From Candidatus Nanosynbacter sp. BB002 (lineage in GTDB: Bacteria > Patescibacteriota > Saccharimonadia > Saccharimonadales > Saccharimonadaceae), in contig NZ_CP146064.1 in assembly GCF_037013405.1 (NCBI RefSeq), positions 150,001-182,000 on the forward strand: DNA of 32,000 nt. The letters are read 5' to 3'. Shown piece by piece: positions 22,502 to 29,782 of the stretch; the first letter of the stretch is position 1; every line of letters starts with the position of its first letter. The notes under the pieces are model-generated. The model was not told the origin of the DNA, made no database searches, and saw only the letters and a program-made list of their open reading frames with translations. Made by a program: the position numbers and the translations under genes.

Positions 22502-22526
22502 AAACCGCCCCAGTGATGAGGCGGTT
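22502..22526. terminator. Bidirectional rho-independent terminator between the 21779 gene and rpmE
   Basis: AAACCGCC (22502-22509), 9-nt loop, GGCGGTTT (22519-22526). T-rich runs flank it on both strands. Confidence 0.7.
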
Positions 22527-22547
22527 TCTTATAGGTGTCACAGCCTG

Positions 22548-22904
22548 CTATTTGCTAGACTTTTTAGCCTTTTTGTCTGATTTTGGAGCATCAGTTTTTG
22601 CGGCTTTGTTGGCGTTCGCTTTTTTAGCTTTATTTGCCAAAGCTGCTTTGCGAGCTTCAGCTGCTGCCTGGCGCGCCTTAAAGCGGTCAACACGACCTTC
22701 GGTGTCGATAATCTTTTCCTCGCCAGTAAAGAATGGGTGTGAAGCCGACGAGATGTGAACTTTCACGAGAGGGTAAGTATTACCGTCTTTCCATTTGATG
22801 GTATCTGTTGTCTGCGCTGTTGACTGAGTCAAGAACGCGAAGCCCGCTTGATCGTCGCTAAATACGACAGGGCGATAGTTCTGTGGGTGAATACTGCTTT
22901 TCAT
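22548..22904 (-). CDS. rpmE: 50S ribosomal protein L31, type B, with a Lys/Ala-rich C-terminal extension
   Basis: [15 protein letters not shown]...[23 protein letters not shown] without a CxxC pair (type B). A ~40-aa tail, [39 protein letters not shown], follows. Confidence 0.88.
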   Translation of the reverse strand: MKSSIHPQNYRPVVFSDDQAGFAFLTQSTAQTTDTIKWKDGNTYPLVKVHISSASHPFFTGEEKIIDTEGRVDRFKARQAAAEARKAALANKAKKANANKAAKTDAPKSDKKAKKSSK

Positions 22905-22913
22905 AACCGTTCA

Positions 22914-22942
22914 ATTGTACACAATTTACCCTAGAATGTCAA
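22914..22942 (-). promoter_or_regulatory. Promoter TTGACA-17-(TGt)TACAAT, 9 nt upstream of the rpmE ATG
   Basis: On the minus strand: TTGACA (22942-22937), a 17-nt spacer, TACAAT (22919-22914), then tgaacggtt-ATG. No SD. Confidence 0.5.
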
Positions 22943-22948
22943 AAGGAG

Positions 22949-22977
22949 TTGTCTCGAGAGTCGAATAGTGGTATAAT
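22949..22977 (+). promoter_or_regulatory. Promoter TTGTCT-17-(TGg)TATAAT for rpsB-tsf
   Basis: -35 at 22949-22954 and -10 at 22972-22977. The ~75-nt leader contains a hairpin (23005-23035) and an AAGGAG SD. Confidence 0.45.
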
Positions 22978-23054
22978 CGTTGGGTAACTAATTTTAATGA
23001 CACAATCCGTTTCACACTCCATATCGTGAGCGGATGAGGCAAAAGGAGAAAGAA

Positions 23055-23783
23055 ATGTCTGTAGCAGTAGACATTAAGGCTTTGCTGGAGTCAGGTGTTC
23101 ACTTTGGACACAAAACCAGCCGCTGGCACCCAAAGATGGCGCCATATATTCACAGTAAGCGTCAGGACAGTCACATTATTGACTTGGTCAAGACGGTTGA
23201 AGCGTTGGATAAGGCGTTGCCAGAACTAACAAAAATCGCAGCATCAGGCCGCAAAGTACTGTTTGTTGGCACGAAAAAGCAAGCCAAAGACGTGGTGCGT
23301 CAGGCTGCTGAAAAGATCAACCAGCCATATGTAGTTGAACGCTGGATCGGTGGTATGTTGACCAACGGTGCGACGATTACTCAGCAGATCAAAAAGCTGA
23401 AGAATTTGGAAAAGCGTATGGCGTCAGGTGACCTGGAAAAGCGCTACAACAAGTTGGAAGTGCAGCGTTTCCAAGAGGAAATCGATAGCTTGAACGTTAA
23501 ATATGGCGGTATCAAAGACTTGATGGGCAAGCCAGGCGCAGTGGTCGTGGTTGATGCTTTGACTGACGCAAATGCAGTGCGTGAAGCTCAGACATTGGGT
23601 GTGCCAGTATTTGCTATTGTTGATACTAATGTCAATCCAACTGGTATCGACTACGTCATCCCTGGTAACGACGACGCTATCAAGGGTATTCAATTGCTAC
23701 TAGACTACTTCACCGAAGCTGTTGCCGAAGGTGCGGGTAGCGTGAAAGCTGAAGAAAAACCAGTGAAAAAAGAGGAGAAATAG
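23055..23783 (+). CDS. rpsB: 30S ribosomal protein S2
   Basis: LLESGVHFGHKTSRWHPKMAPYI...VFAIVDTNVNP. Start trimmed to ATG 23055, behind SD AAGGAG. Confidence 0.95.
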   Translation: MSVAVDIKALLESGVHFGHKTSRWHPKMAPYIHSKRQDSHIIDLVKTVEALDKALPELTKIAASGRKVLFVGTKKQAKDVVRQAAEKINQPYVVERWIGGMLTNGATITQQIKKLKNLEKRMASGDLEKRYNKLEVQRFQEEIDSLNVKYGGIKDLMGKPGAVVVVDALTDANAVREAQTLGVPVFAIVDTNVNPTGIDYVIPGNDDAIKGIQLLLDYFTEAVAEGAGSVKAEEKPVKKEEK

Positions 23784-23784
23784 G

Positions 23785-24381
23785 ATGGGCGTTTCTGTTG
23801 ACGACATTAAAAAACTGCGCGAATTGACTGGCGTAGGTTTGACCGACGCAAAGAAGGCATTGGTTGAAGCTGACGGTGATTTTGACAAGGCGCTGGAGGC
23901 AATGCGCAAAAAAGGCTTGACTAAGGCTGAGAAAAAAGGCGACCGTGAAGCACGTGAAGGCTTGATTGAGAGCTATGTTCACTCTGGTCGAATTGGCGTG
24001 ATTGTCGAGGTTAACTGTGAGACTGACTTTGTGGCGCGCTTGGACGACTTCAAAACCTTGGCGCACGAAATTGCTATGCAGATTGCCGCGATGAACCCAA
24101 AGTATGCTTCTACAGAGGATATCCCAGCTGAAGAGATGGAGCGGGTGAAGGCTGAGTTGATGGCGAGCGAGACACTAGCAAGCAAGCCTGAAGAGATGCG
24201 CGAGAAGATCGTGACTGGTCAGTTGAATAAACACTTTGCTGAGCAAGTATTGATGAGTCAGGCGTACATTTTGGACGACTCTAAGACGGTTGAGCAGCAC
24301 ATCAAAGAGGCAATCGCTAAATTGGGTGAGAACATTGTAGTCCGCCAATTTAAGCGAATTGAGCTGGGCGTCAGCGAATAA
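23785..24381 (+). CDS. tsf: Translation elongation factor Ts (short form)
   Basis: N-terminal UBA-like IKKLRELTGVGLTDAKKALVEADGDFDKALEAMRKKG, then GRIGVIVEVNCETDFVAR. Starts 1 nt after the rpsB stop. Confidence 0.93.
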   Translation: MGVSVDDIKKLRELTGVGLTDAKKALVEADGDFDKALEAMRKKGLTKAEKKGDREAREGLIESYVHSGRIGVIVEVNCETDFVARLDDFKTLAHEIAMQIAAMNPKYASTEDIPAEEMERVKAELMASETLASKPEEMREKIVTGQLNKHFAEQVLMSQAYILDDSKTVEQHIKEAIAKLGENIVVRQFKRIELGVSE

Positions 24382-24401
24382 CCTCTATATACAGAAAGGA
24401 A

Positions 24402-24432
24402 ATCGGTTGCAGTAATGTAGCCGATTTTTTTT
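24402..24432 (+). terminator. Rho-independent terminator after tsf
   Basis: ATCGGTT (24402-24408), 10-nt loop, AGCCGAT (24419-24425), then T8. Confidence 0.7.
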
Positions 24433-24526
24433 GTTTTGTCAATATTTGCCATAAGCATGTTGACAAAATAGCAAATCTATGCTAATCTGAGGACAGATTA
24501 AACCAATTGATACAAAAAGGAAAACT

Positions 24527-25858
24527 ATGAACAAAAACATGAATGTAGCTCCGGCGTTCCCAGACCTTAATAATACAGTTCCTGATGGCTGGGCTAACCT
24601 ATCAAGTGGGCTGGCTGTTCCAGAGAGTGCAGCTGCTGCATTCCCGAGCATTAATAAAGAGCCTAATGACTGGAATGAACTGGGAAATGGACTACTTGTT
24701 CCGGAAAGCGCAACAAAAGGTGGCGCTGAAAATGGCATGATGACGCGCGATGAGCGCATCACTGACGGCCAAGAGAGATTTAACGCCTTGAAGACCCGGG
24801 CTCAAGAAGGCTTGAGCAAGATGATGCAAGGTCTTAAAGACCGTTTTTATATCGGCATTAGTCGGGGTGCTGAGTTACCTGGTCAAATTGCCACTGGTGC
24901 TGAGATGGTACGAGAGACTGTAGCTCAAAAAGGTACTGAAGCGCAAGAGTTTGTTGTTCAAAAGGGTAGTGAAGCAAGAGAAGCTATTGTTCAAAAAGGC
25001 GCTGAAACAAAAGAGGCAATTGGTAATGCCTGGGGCGCTGCACGAGGAAAGGCTGCAGAACTGTTTGAAAAGGGTAGTGATGTAATACTGCAAAATGTAA
25101 AAGTAGCACGTGAACGCAAGGCTGCTAGAATAAAAAATCGTCAGGAGCGGCGAGCAGCTCGTCAGCAGGCGCGCGAACAACGAGTAGCTGAGCTCGACAA
25201 TCGCCAGGCGGCTCGTGTCAGTCGTCAGGAGGCTCGCCAGCAACAACGGGAAGCTCAAACTAAAGAGAATATAGCGGACAAGCTGGATACCGGGGACGAC
25301 AAGGTATTCATCCGGCAAGAGCAACAAGCAGACACTGGAGCAACCTTAGAGTCTATGATGACCAAGAGGGAGCTGAATGACGCTAATGCTAAAGTGGAAC
25401 AAATGAGCAAAGAAGCCGAGCGGGCAGAACAAGCGGCAGAAGCTGCTCGGTTAGAAGCAGATGCTAATCCTGGAGATGAGCGGTTACAGCTTGATGCCGA
25501 AGAAAAAGAGGGGCTGAAAATTGCAGCGAATGCTCGATTGAAGCGCGCAACAGGCGAAGTTACTCGGCTGCAGGCAGCGATGAGTCAGCTGGAGAAGAGC
25601 TCTGAAAGTGCGCAAAGCAATATTGAGGCTGCTCGAGAGCGTATTGAGGAGCGACGTGGTCGAGCTGAAGCGCGTAGAGCTGCTCGTATGGCTGCTCGTA
25701 AAGAAGCATTGGGCGACACCTGGGAATCAGCGAAAGATAGGGTTGCACGACTAGTAAATACCGACCCGAATAAGGTTAAACAGTTCGGCGTAAAGGTAGC
25801 AAAGGCAGCTGGTAGGTTGACTAAGGCTACCGCAAGTCGGTTGGTTCCAGTGAGCTAA
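24527..25858 (+). CDS. Repeat-containing, Arg/Ala/Glu/Gln-rich coiled-coil protein (hypothetical)
   Basis: 443 aa with an upstream TTGACA...TGcTAATCT promoter-like sequence and an AAAGGAAAA SD. It has internal repeats and long charged heptad-like stretches (RERKAARIKNRQERRAARQQAREQRVAELDNRQAAR...). Confidence 0.55.
   Translation: MNKNMNVAPAFPDLNNTVPDGWANLSSGLAVPESAAAAFPSINKEPNDWNELGNGLLVPESATKGGAENGMMTRDERITDGQERFNALKTRAQEGLSKMMQGLKDRFYIGISRGAELPGQIATGAEMVRETVAQKGTEAQEFVVQKGSEAREAIVQKGAETKEAIGNAWGAARGKAAELFEKGSDVILQNVKVARERKAARIKNRQERRAARQQAREQRVAELDNRQAARVSRQEARQQQREAQTKENIADKLDTGDDKVFIRQEQQADTGATLESMMTKRELNDANAKVEQMSKEAERAEQAAEAARLEADANPGDERLQLDAEEKEGLKIAANARLKRATGEVTRLQAAMSQLEKSSESAQSNIEAARERIEERRGRAEARRAARMAARKEALGDTWESAKDRVARLVNTDPNKVKQFGVKVAKAAGRLTKATASRLVPVS
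24920..25018 (+). repeat. Three tandem in-frame 33-nt (11-aa) repeats within the coiled-coil gene
   Basis: VAQKGTEAQEF / VVQKGSEAREA / IVQKGAETKEA, read directly from the translation. Confidence 0.8.
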
Positions 25859-25900
25859 AGACAATAGATATAATTGATTAGAAAAGATAAAAAGGGTATT

Positions 25901-26251
25901 ATGATAGTTATGAATAATGACGAAAATACACAAATAATCATCCCAACAACTATGATAACGAAAGCACAGTTGAGCTCGGTAGGAATTAATCTACCTGACG
26001 ACCAGGCACAGGCACTGATTCAGCACGTGGAAGAGACGGTGAATGAGCGGATTAGTGAGGAAATTGTTGACTCATTGGACGATGCGCAATTGGCTGAGCT
26101 TGTGGCGTTGCAGGATGGTGATGTACCGGCTGAGCAACTTGAGGCTTGGATTCGTGAACGAGTGCCAGAATATGATGAGATCGTTGAAGACAACGTGACA
26201 ATCGTACTAGGTGAGTTGGTCGAAAATTCTGACGCAATTCAGGCGCAATAA
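25901..26251 (+). CDS. Small acidic hypothetical protein
   Basis: The ORF-track start is TTG 25874. ATG 25901 behind AAAGGG is more plausible. Asp/Glu-rich helical sequence with no recognisable motif. Confidence 0.45.
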   Translation: MIVMNNDENTQIIIPTTMITKAQLSSVGINLPDDQAQALIQHVEETVNERISEEIVDSLDDAQLAELVALQDGDVPAEQLEAWIRERVPEYDEIVEDNVTIVLGELVENSDAIQAQ

Positions 26252-26265
26252 TACATGCTAGTGAT

Positions 26266-26294
26266 AAAATCGCCTTCCTCATGAGGGCGATTTT
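26266..26294. terminator. Bidirectional terminator hairpin shared by the acidic-protein gene and recF
   Basis: AAAATCGCC (26266-26274) pairs with GGCGATTTT (26286-26294), plus inner pairs. It overlaps the recF stop codon (26293-26295). Confidence 0.7.
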
Positions 26295-27348
26295 ATTGTG
26301 TGGAGATGATCAAGCAGCCGTCTTTCTGATGACGGGCATCAGTGGTAGTGACGACAAATTGGTGGTGTTGGATAGTCTCTTGGAGTAGTTTTTCGCGAGT
26401 TGCGTCCAGTTCAGAAAACACATCATCCATCAAAATGAGTGGGCGATGTTTGGTTCGTTCAGTTTGTAGCTCCAGCTCTAGGAGTTTAAAAGCTAGCATG
26501 ATGGTGCGCATTTCGCCGCGAGAAGCAACTTTGACGGCTGGTCGTGAATGCAAGGATATCAAAAAATCTTCTCGCTGTGGTCCGGCGGAGGAGTGTCCTG
26601 TCGCTAGTTCATACTCACGGGAATGCTGTAATTTATCTAGGAGAGATTGCTCGTAGTTATCGAGCCCGACTGACGGTAGATACTCAATAGTGAACGGTGT
26701 CTGCTTTCCTGCCAGAGAAGCGTAGAGTAATTCAAGGCGTTTTTCGTAGGTATATAAAAAATGTGCACGGGCAGTTGTCAGGGCGTTTGCCGCCTGAACA
26801 AATTTTATATCCCATGCAAATAAGTGGTCTCGCCACTCGGCGGCGTTCTCGGGATGATGCTTGAGCAGTTCATTACGCTGTAGGAGTGTTCGGTTAAAAA
26901 TACGTAGCTGGGCGTCATAGGTTGCGTCCAAGCGTGACAACAATCCATCTAGAAAATCACGACGTCGCTGCGGAGAAGACGAGATGAGTCGCAGGTCATT
27001 CGGCTCAAATAGCACCACAGGTAGGCGGTGTTTTCGGGGAAGTGTTTTGGAGACACTGTCGGCAATAGTGAAGTCTTTTGTGATTGCGTTATCAGCTGAA
27101 CGTAACAACTGGACGCGGCGCGGTTGGCCGTTGGTCTCCAGGTGAATGATGCTGTGTACTGTTTGGTGGCGCATGCAATCAAGCAGCGATCCACGAAAGC
27201 TTGTGCCGCGCAGCGCTATGTATATCGCTTCTAATAGGTTGGTTTTGCCGGTGCCATTTGGCCCAACGATAACCGTTCCGGTATCTCCCAGTTGCGTCTC
27301 GAACAACTCATACGAGCGGAAATTATACAATTTTAACCTCGAAATCAT
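26293..27348 (-). CDS. recF: DNA replication and repair protein RecF
   Basis: MISRLKLYNFRSY... Walker A GPNGTGKTNLLEAIY, and Walker B LILMDDVFSELD. Confidence 0.9.
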   Translation of the reverse strand: MISRLKLYNFRSYELFETQLGDTGTVIVGPNGTGKTNLLEAIYIALRGTSFRGSLLDCMRHQTVHSIIHLETNGQPRRVQLLRSADNAITKDFTIADSVSKTLPRKHRLPVVLFEPNDLRLISSSPQRRRDFLDGLLSRLDATYDAQLRIFNRTLLQRNELLKHHPENAAEWRDHLFAWDIKFVQAANALTTARAHFLYTYEKRLELLYASLAGKQTPFTIEYLPSVGLDNYEQSLLDKLQHSREYELATGHSSAGPQREDFLISLHSRPAVKVASRGEMRTIMLAFKLLELELQTERTKHRPLILMDDVFSELDATREKLLQETIQHHQFVVTTTDARHQKDGCLIISTQ

Positions 27349-27355
27349 TATTCAT

Positions 27356-27364
27356 ATTGTATCA
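27356..27364 (-). promoter_or_regulatory. Extended -10 promoter (TGaTACAAT) 7 nt upstream of the recF ATG
   Basis: The minus strand reads TGATACAAT-atgaata-ATG with no SD. Confidence 0.45.
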
Positions 27365-27393
27365 TGGGCCGGGTAGCGCCATACGGGTAAAAT

Positions 27394-27402
27394 TGCTATA
27401 AT
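27394..27402 (+). promoter_or_regulatory. Extended -10 promoter (TGcTATAAT) for frr
   Basis: TGCTATAAT at 27394-27402. The leader carries a GGAGG SD before ATG 27428. Confidence 0.45.
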
Positions 27403-27427
27403 AGATAGGAAATAATTGGAGGCAGAT

Positions 27428-27982
27428 ATGTTTGACACTAAACCGTATGAAGATAAAATGGCACAAGCCTTAGAGCATTTTCAGGATGAGCTGAAAAAAG
27501 TACGCACTGGTCGTGCGCACGCTGGGATGCTTGAGGGAGTGATGGTCGAGGTGTATGGCACTAAAATGCCGCTCAATCAAGTAGCTAATGTAACTGCTCC
27601 AGAAGCCCAGATGCTGCTAGTAACGCCATTTGATCCAAGCAATATTACGGCTATCGCCGCAGCTATTCGTGACAATCAAAGCCTAGGCTTTAATCCATCA
27701 GACGACGGTCGGGTGGTTCGCGTGCCAGTTCCGGCTCTCACTGAAGAGCGCCGCAAACAGTTAGTGAAGCAGGTGAGCGAGAAATCAGAAGAGGCACGAA
27801 TCGCCATGCGAACTATTCGTCAGGATGCATTGAAGGACGCTAAGCGCATGAAAGATACTAAGGAACTGGGCGAAGACGACTTTAAGCGAGTTGAAAAAGA
27901 AATTGATTCATTGATGGGCGATACTCAAAAGCGAATCGAAGAGCTCTTTAAGGCTAAAGAACAGGACGTGCTGACTATTTAG
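27428..27982 (+). CDS. frr: Ribosome recycling factor
   Basis: KVRTGRAHAGMLEGVMVEVYGTKMPLNQVANV...LTEERRKQLVKQ. Start trimmed to ATG 27428, behind GGAGG. Confidence 0.93.
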   Translation: MFDTKPYEDKMAQALEHFQDELKKVRTGRAHAGMLEGVMVEVYGTKMPLNQVANVTAPEAQMLLVTPFDPSNITAIAAAIRDNQSLGFNPSDDGRVVRVPVPALTEERRKQLVKQVSEKSEEARIAMRTIRQDALKDAKRMKDTKELGEDDFKRVEKEIDSLMGDTQKRIEELFKAKEQDVLTI

Positions 27983-28025
27983 TCTGATCGGCTACTCAGG
28001 TGGGCGATTCGAGATAGGTGTCTGA

Positions 28026-29087
28026 ATGACTCTTGAAGATTTGAAACAATATGCACCGTATATAGACCAGCATATCGAGAAAGTGCTATGTGATTTTGCT
28101 GATGAAGTTCAGCCTGAGGCTGATGATGAACAGGCAGTTTGGGCACTGTCAACAATACGTGAATATGCTTTGAGGTCAGGAAAGCGGCTGAGGGGTGCTT
28201 TGGCTGCTTGTCTGTACGACGTGAGGACAGGTCAAAAATATGCCGAGGCTGGTTTATCTTTAGCAGCAGTGATTGAGCTAATGCATGATTATCTGCTTAT
28301 ACTGGACGATGTTATGGATCGGTCTGCGACGCGCCGCGGGCTGCCAACAGTTCATGAACAGTACCAAAAGCAGTTCTCGCATATTGGAGCTGATAGCTTT
28401 GAATCAGATATGATGGCTATCAATGTCGGGTTATTGGTACAACACATTGCCAGTTGGTATCTGTCTCGCATGGATGTGAATACAAAAACTGTTCAGCAAA
28501 TAATGCACCGTAACATCGGTATCACCGGGTTTGGACAGATGGCTGACGTGGCGGGTACAATTACTCGTCCAACGACGTCTGAGCAGATTATCAAAAAGTA
28601 TTATAAAAAGAGTAGCATCTACACTTTTGTGAATCCGTTGCTCTGTGCGCTGGCTTTGGCAGGTGACACCGATGAAACTGCTCAACGACAAGTTGAGGCG
28701 TTTGGGCTGCCAGCGGGACTGGCGTTTCAGCTTCGTGATGATTGGCTGGGTATCTTTGGCAGCCCGGAAGAGTCAGGAAAAAGCAACCTTGATGATATTC
28801 ATGAAGGAAAGAATACATTTTTAGTACAAGAAACTTTGGAGCGATGTACTGAGGATCAGAAGAAAACATTGTTGGAAATCATTGGTAATGAGCAGGCGAC
28901 AGCAGATGACCTAAGTGCCGTGAAGGAAGTTATGACGCAGACAGGTGCGGTAGAGACGGCTCAAGCTTTGATGGAGCAAGCGGGGCGTGAGGCATGCGAA
29001 GCTGCCCGAGTCTCAAGCTTGTGGACTAGTGATTTCGCTGGGTTGTTACAACAAGTGGTACAATATAGTATGGAGCGAATAAAATAG
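28026..29087 (+). CDS. Trans-polyprenyl diphosphate synthase (IspA/GGPPS family)
   Basis: First Asp-rich motif LILDDVMDRSATRRG. The second motif region FQLRDDWLGIFG reads DDxxG instead of DDxxD. GKxxxxDxxEGKxT-like GKSNLDDIHEGKNT. Confidence 0.8.
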   Translation: MTLEDLKQYAPYIDQHIEKVLCDFADEVQPEADDEQAVWALSTIREYALRSGKRLRGALAACLYDVRTGQKYAEAGLSLAAVIELMHDYLLILDDVMDRSATRRGLPTVHEQYQKQFSHIGADSFESDMMAINVGLLVQHIASWYLSRMDVNTKTVQQIMHRNIGITGFGQMADVAGTITRPTTSEQIIKKYYKKSSIYTFVNPLLCALALAGDTDETAQRQVEAFGLPAGLAFQLRDDWLGIFGSPEESGKSNLDDIHEGKNTFLVQETLERCTEDQKKTLLEIIGNEQATADDLSAVKEVMTQTGAVETAQALMEQAGREACEAARVSSLWTSDFAGLLQQVVQYSMERIK

Positions 29088-29779
29088 TGAGTGAGAGTAG
29101 CGTACCCCAGCATATTGGATATATCATGGACGGCAATCGTCGGTGGGCTGAGCGTCATGGCTTGCCAGCCTATGAAGGACATCTGGCGGGCTATACTGCC
29201 ATGAAAGAAGTCCTGACGGCTAATATTGATGCTGGTGTGAAATATGTTTCGGTATATGCGTTTAGTTCTGAGAACTGGCGTCGTTCGCAAACGGAAGTCG
29301 ACAAGCTGATGAAACTATTGGTCAAATGCGTTAAAACCGATGCGAAATATCTCCATGACCGTCAAGTTCGTGTCGTGGTGCTTGGTTCACGCGACCAGCT
29401 GCCAGAGAAGGTCATCCAGGCAATAGAAGAGATTGAGTCTGCTACCTCGAACTATACTAAAGGTACGTTGGCGTTGTGCTTTAACTATGGTGGTCAGCAG
29501 GAAATCGTCAATGCTGTCAAGCAGATCATCGCTTCAGGAGTTACAGAGGACCAGGTGACAGCTGATTTGATTGAACAAAATTTATACTCACCAGAGATAC
29601 CGCCGTGTGATTTGATCGTTCGGACTAGTGGTGAGCAACGCCTGAGCAACTTTATGCTGTGGCGATCGGCCTTGAGCGAGTTTTTGTTTCTAAAAAAGCA
29701 TTGGCCGGACATGCGAGCGGAAGACGTTGAAAATATATTAGATGAATACGCTAAGAGAAATCGAAGGTTTGGGGGGTAA
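29087..29779 (+). CDS. uppS: Undecaprenyl (cis-prenyl) diphosphate synthase
   Basis: HIGYIMDGNRRWA, YAFSSENWRR, and RTSGEQRLSNFMLW. Its GTG start overlaps the upstream TAG by 1 nt. Confidence 0.92.
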   Translation: MSESSVPQHIGYIMDGNRRWAERHGLPAYEGHLAGYTAMKEVLTANIDAGVKYVSVYAFSSENWRRSQTEVDKLMKLLVKCVKTDAKYLHDRQVRVVVLGSRDQLPEKVIQAIEEIESATSNYTKGTLALCFNYGGQQEIVNAVKQIIASGVTEDQVTADLIEQNLYSPEIPPCDLIVRTSGEQRLSNFMLWRSALSEFLFLKKHWPDMRAEDVENILDEYAKRNRRFGG

Positions 29780-29782
29780 CAT

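Noticed and set aside
22513-22758. 81-aa plus-strand ORF
   Set aside because: It is antisense to rpmE and starts inside the terminator hairpin. The L31 reading on the minus strand is unambiguous.
24439-25327. Minus-strand ORFs of 107 and 150 aa opposite the coiled-coil gene
   Set aside because: They are mirror frames of a low-complexity gene. The plus-strand ORF is 443 aa and has a promoter-like sequence and an SD.
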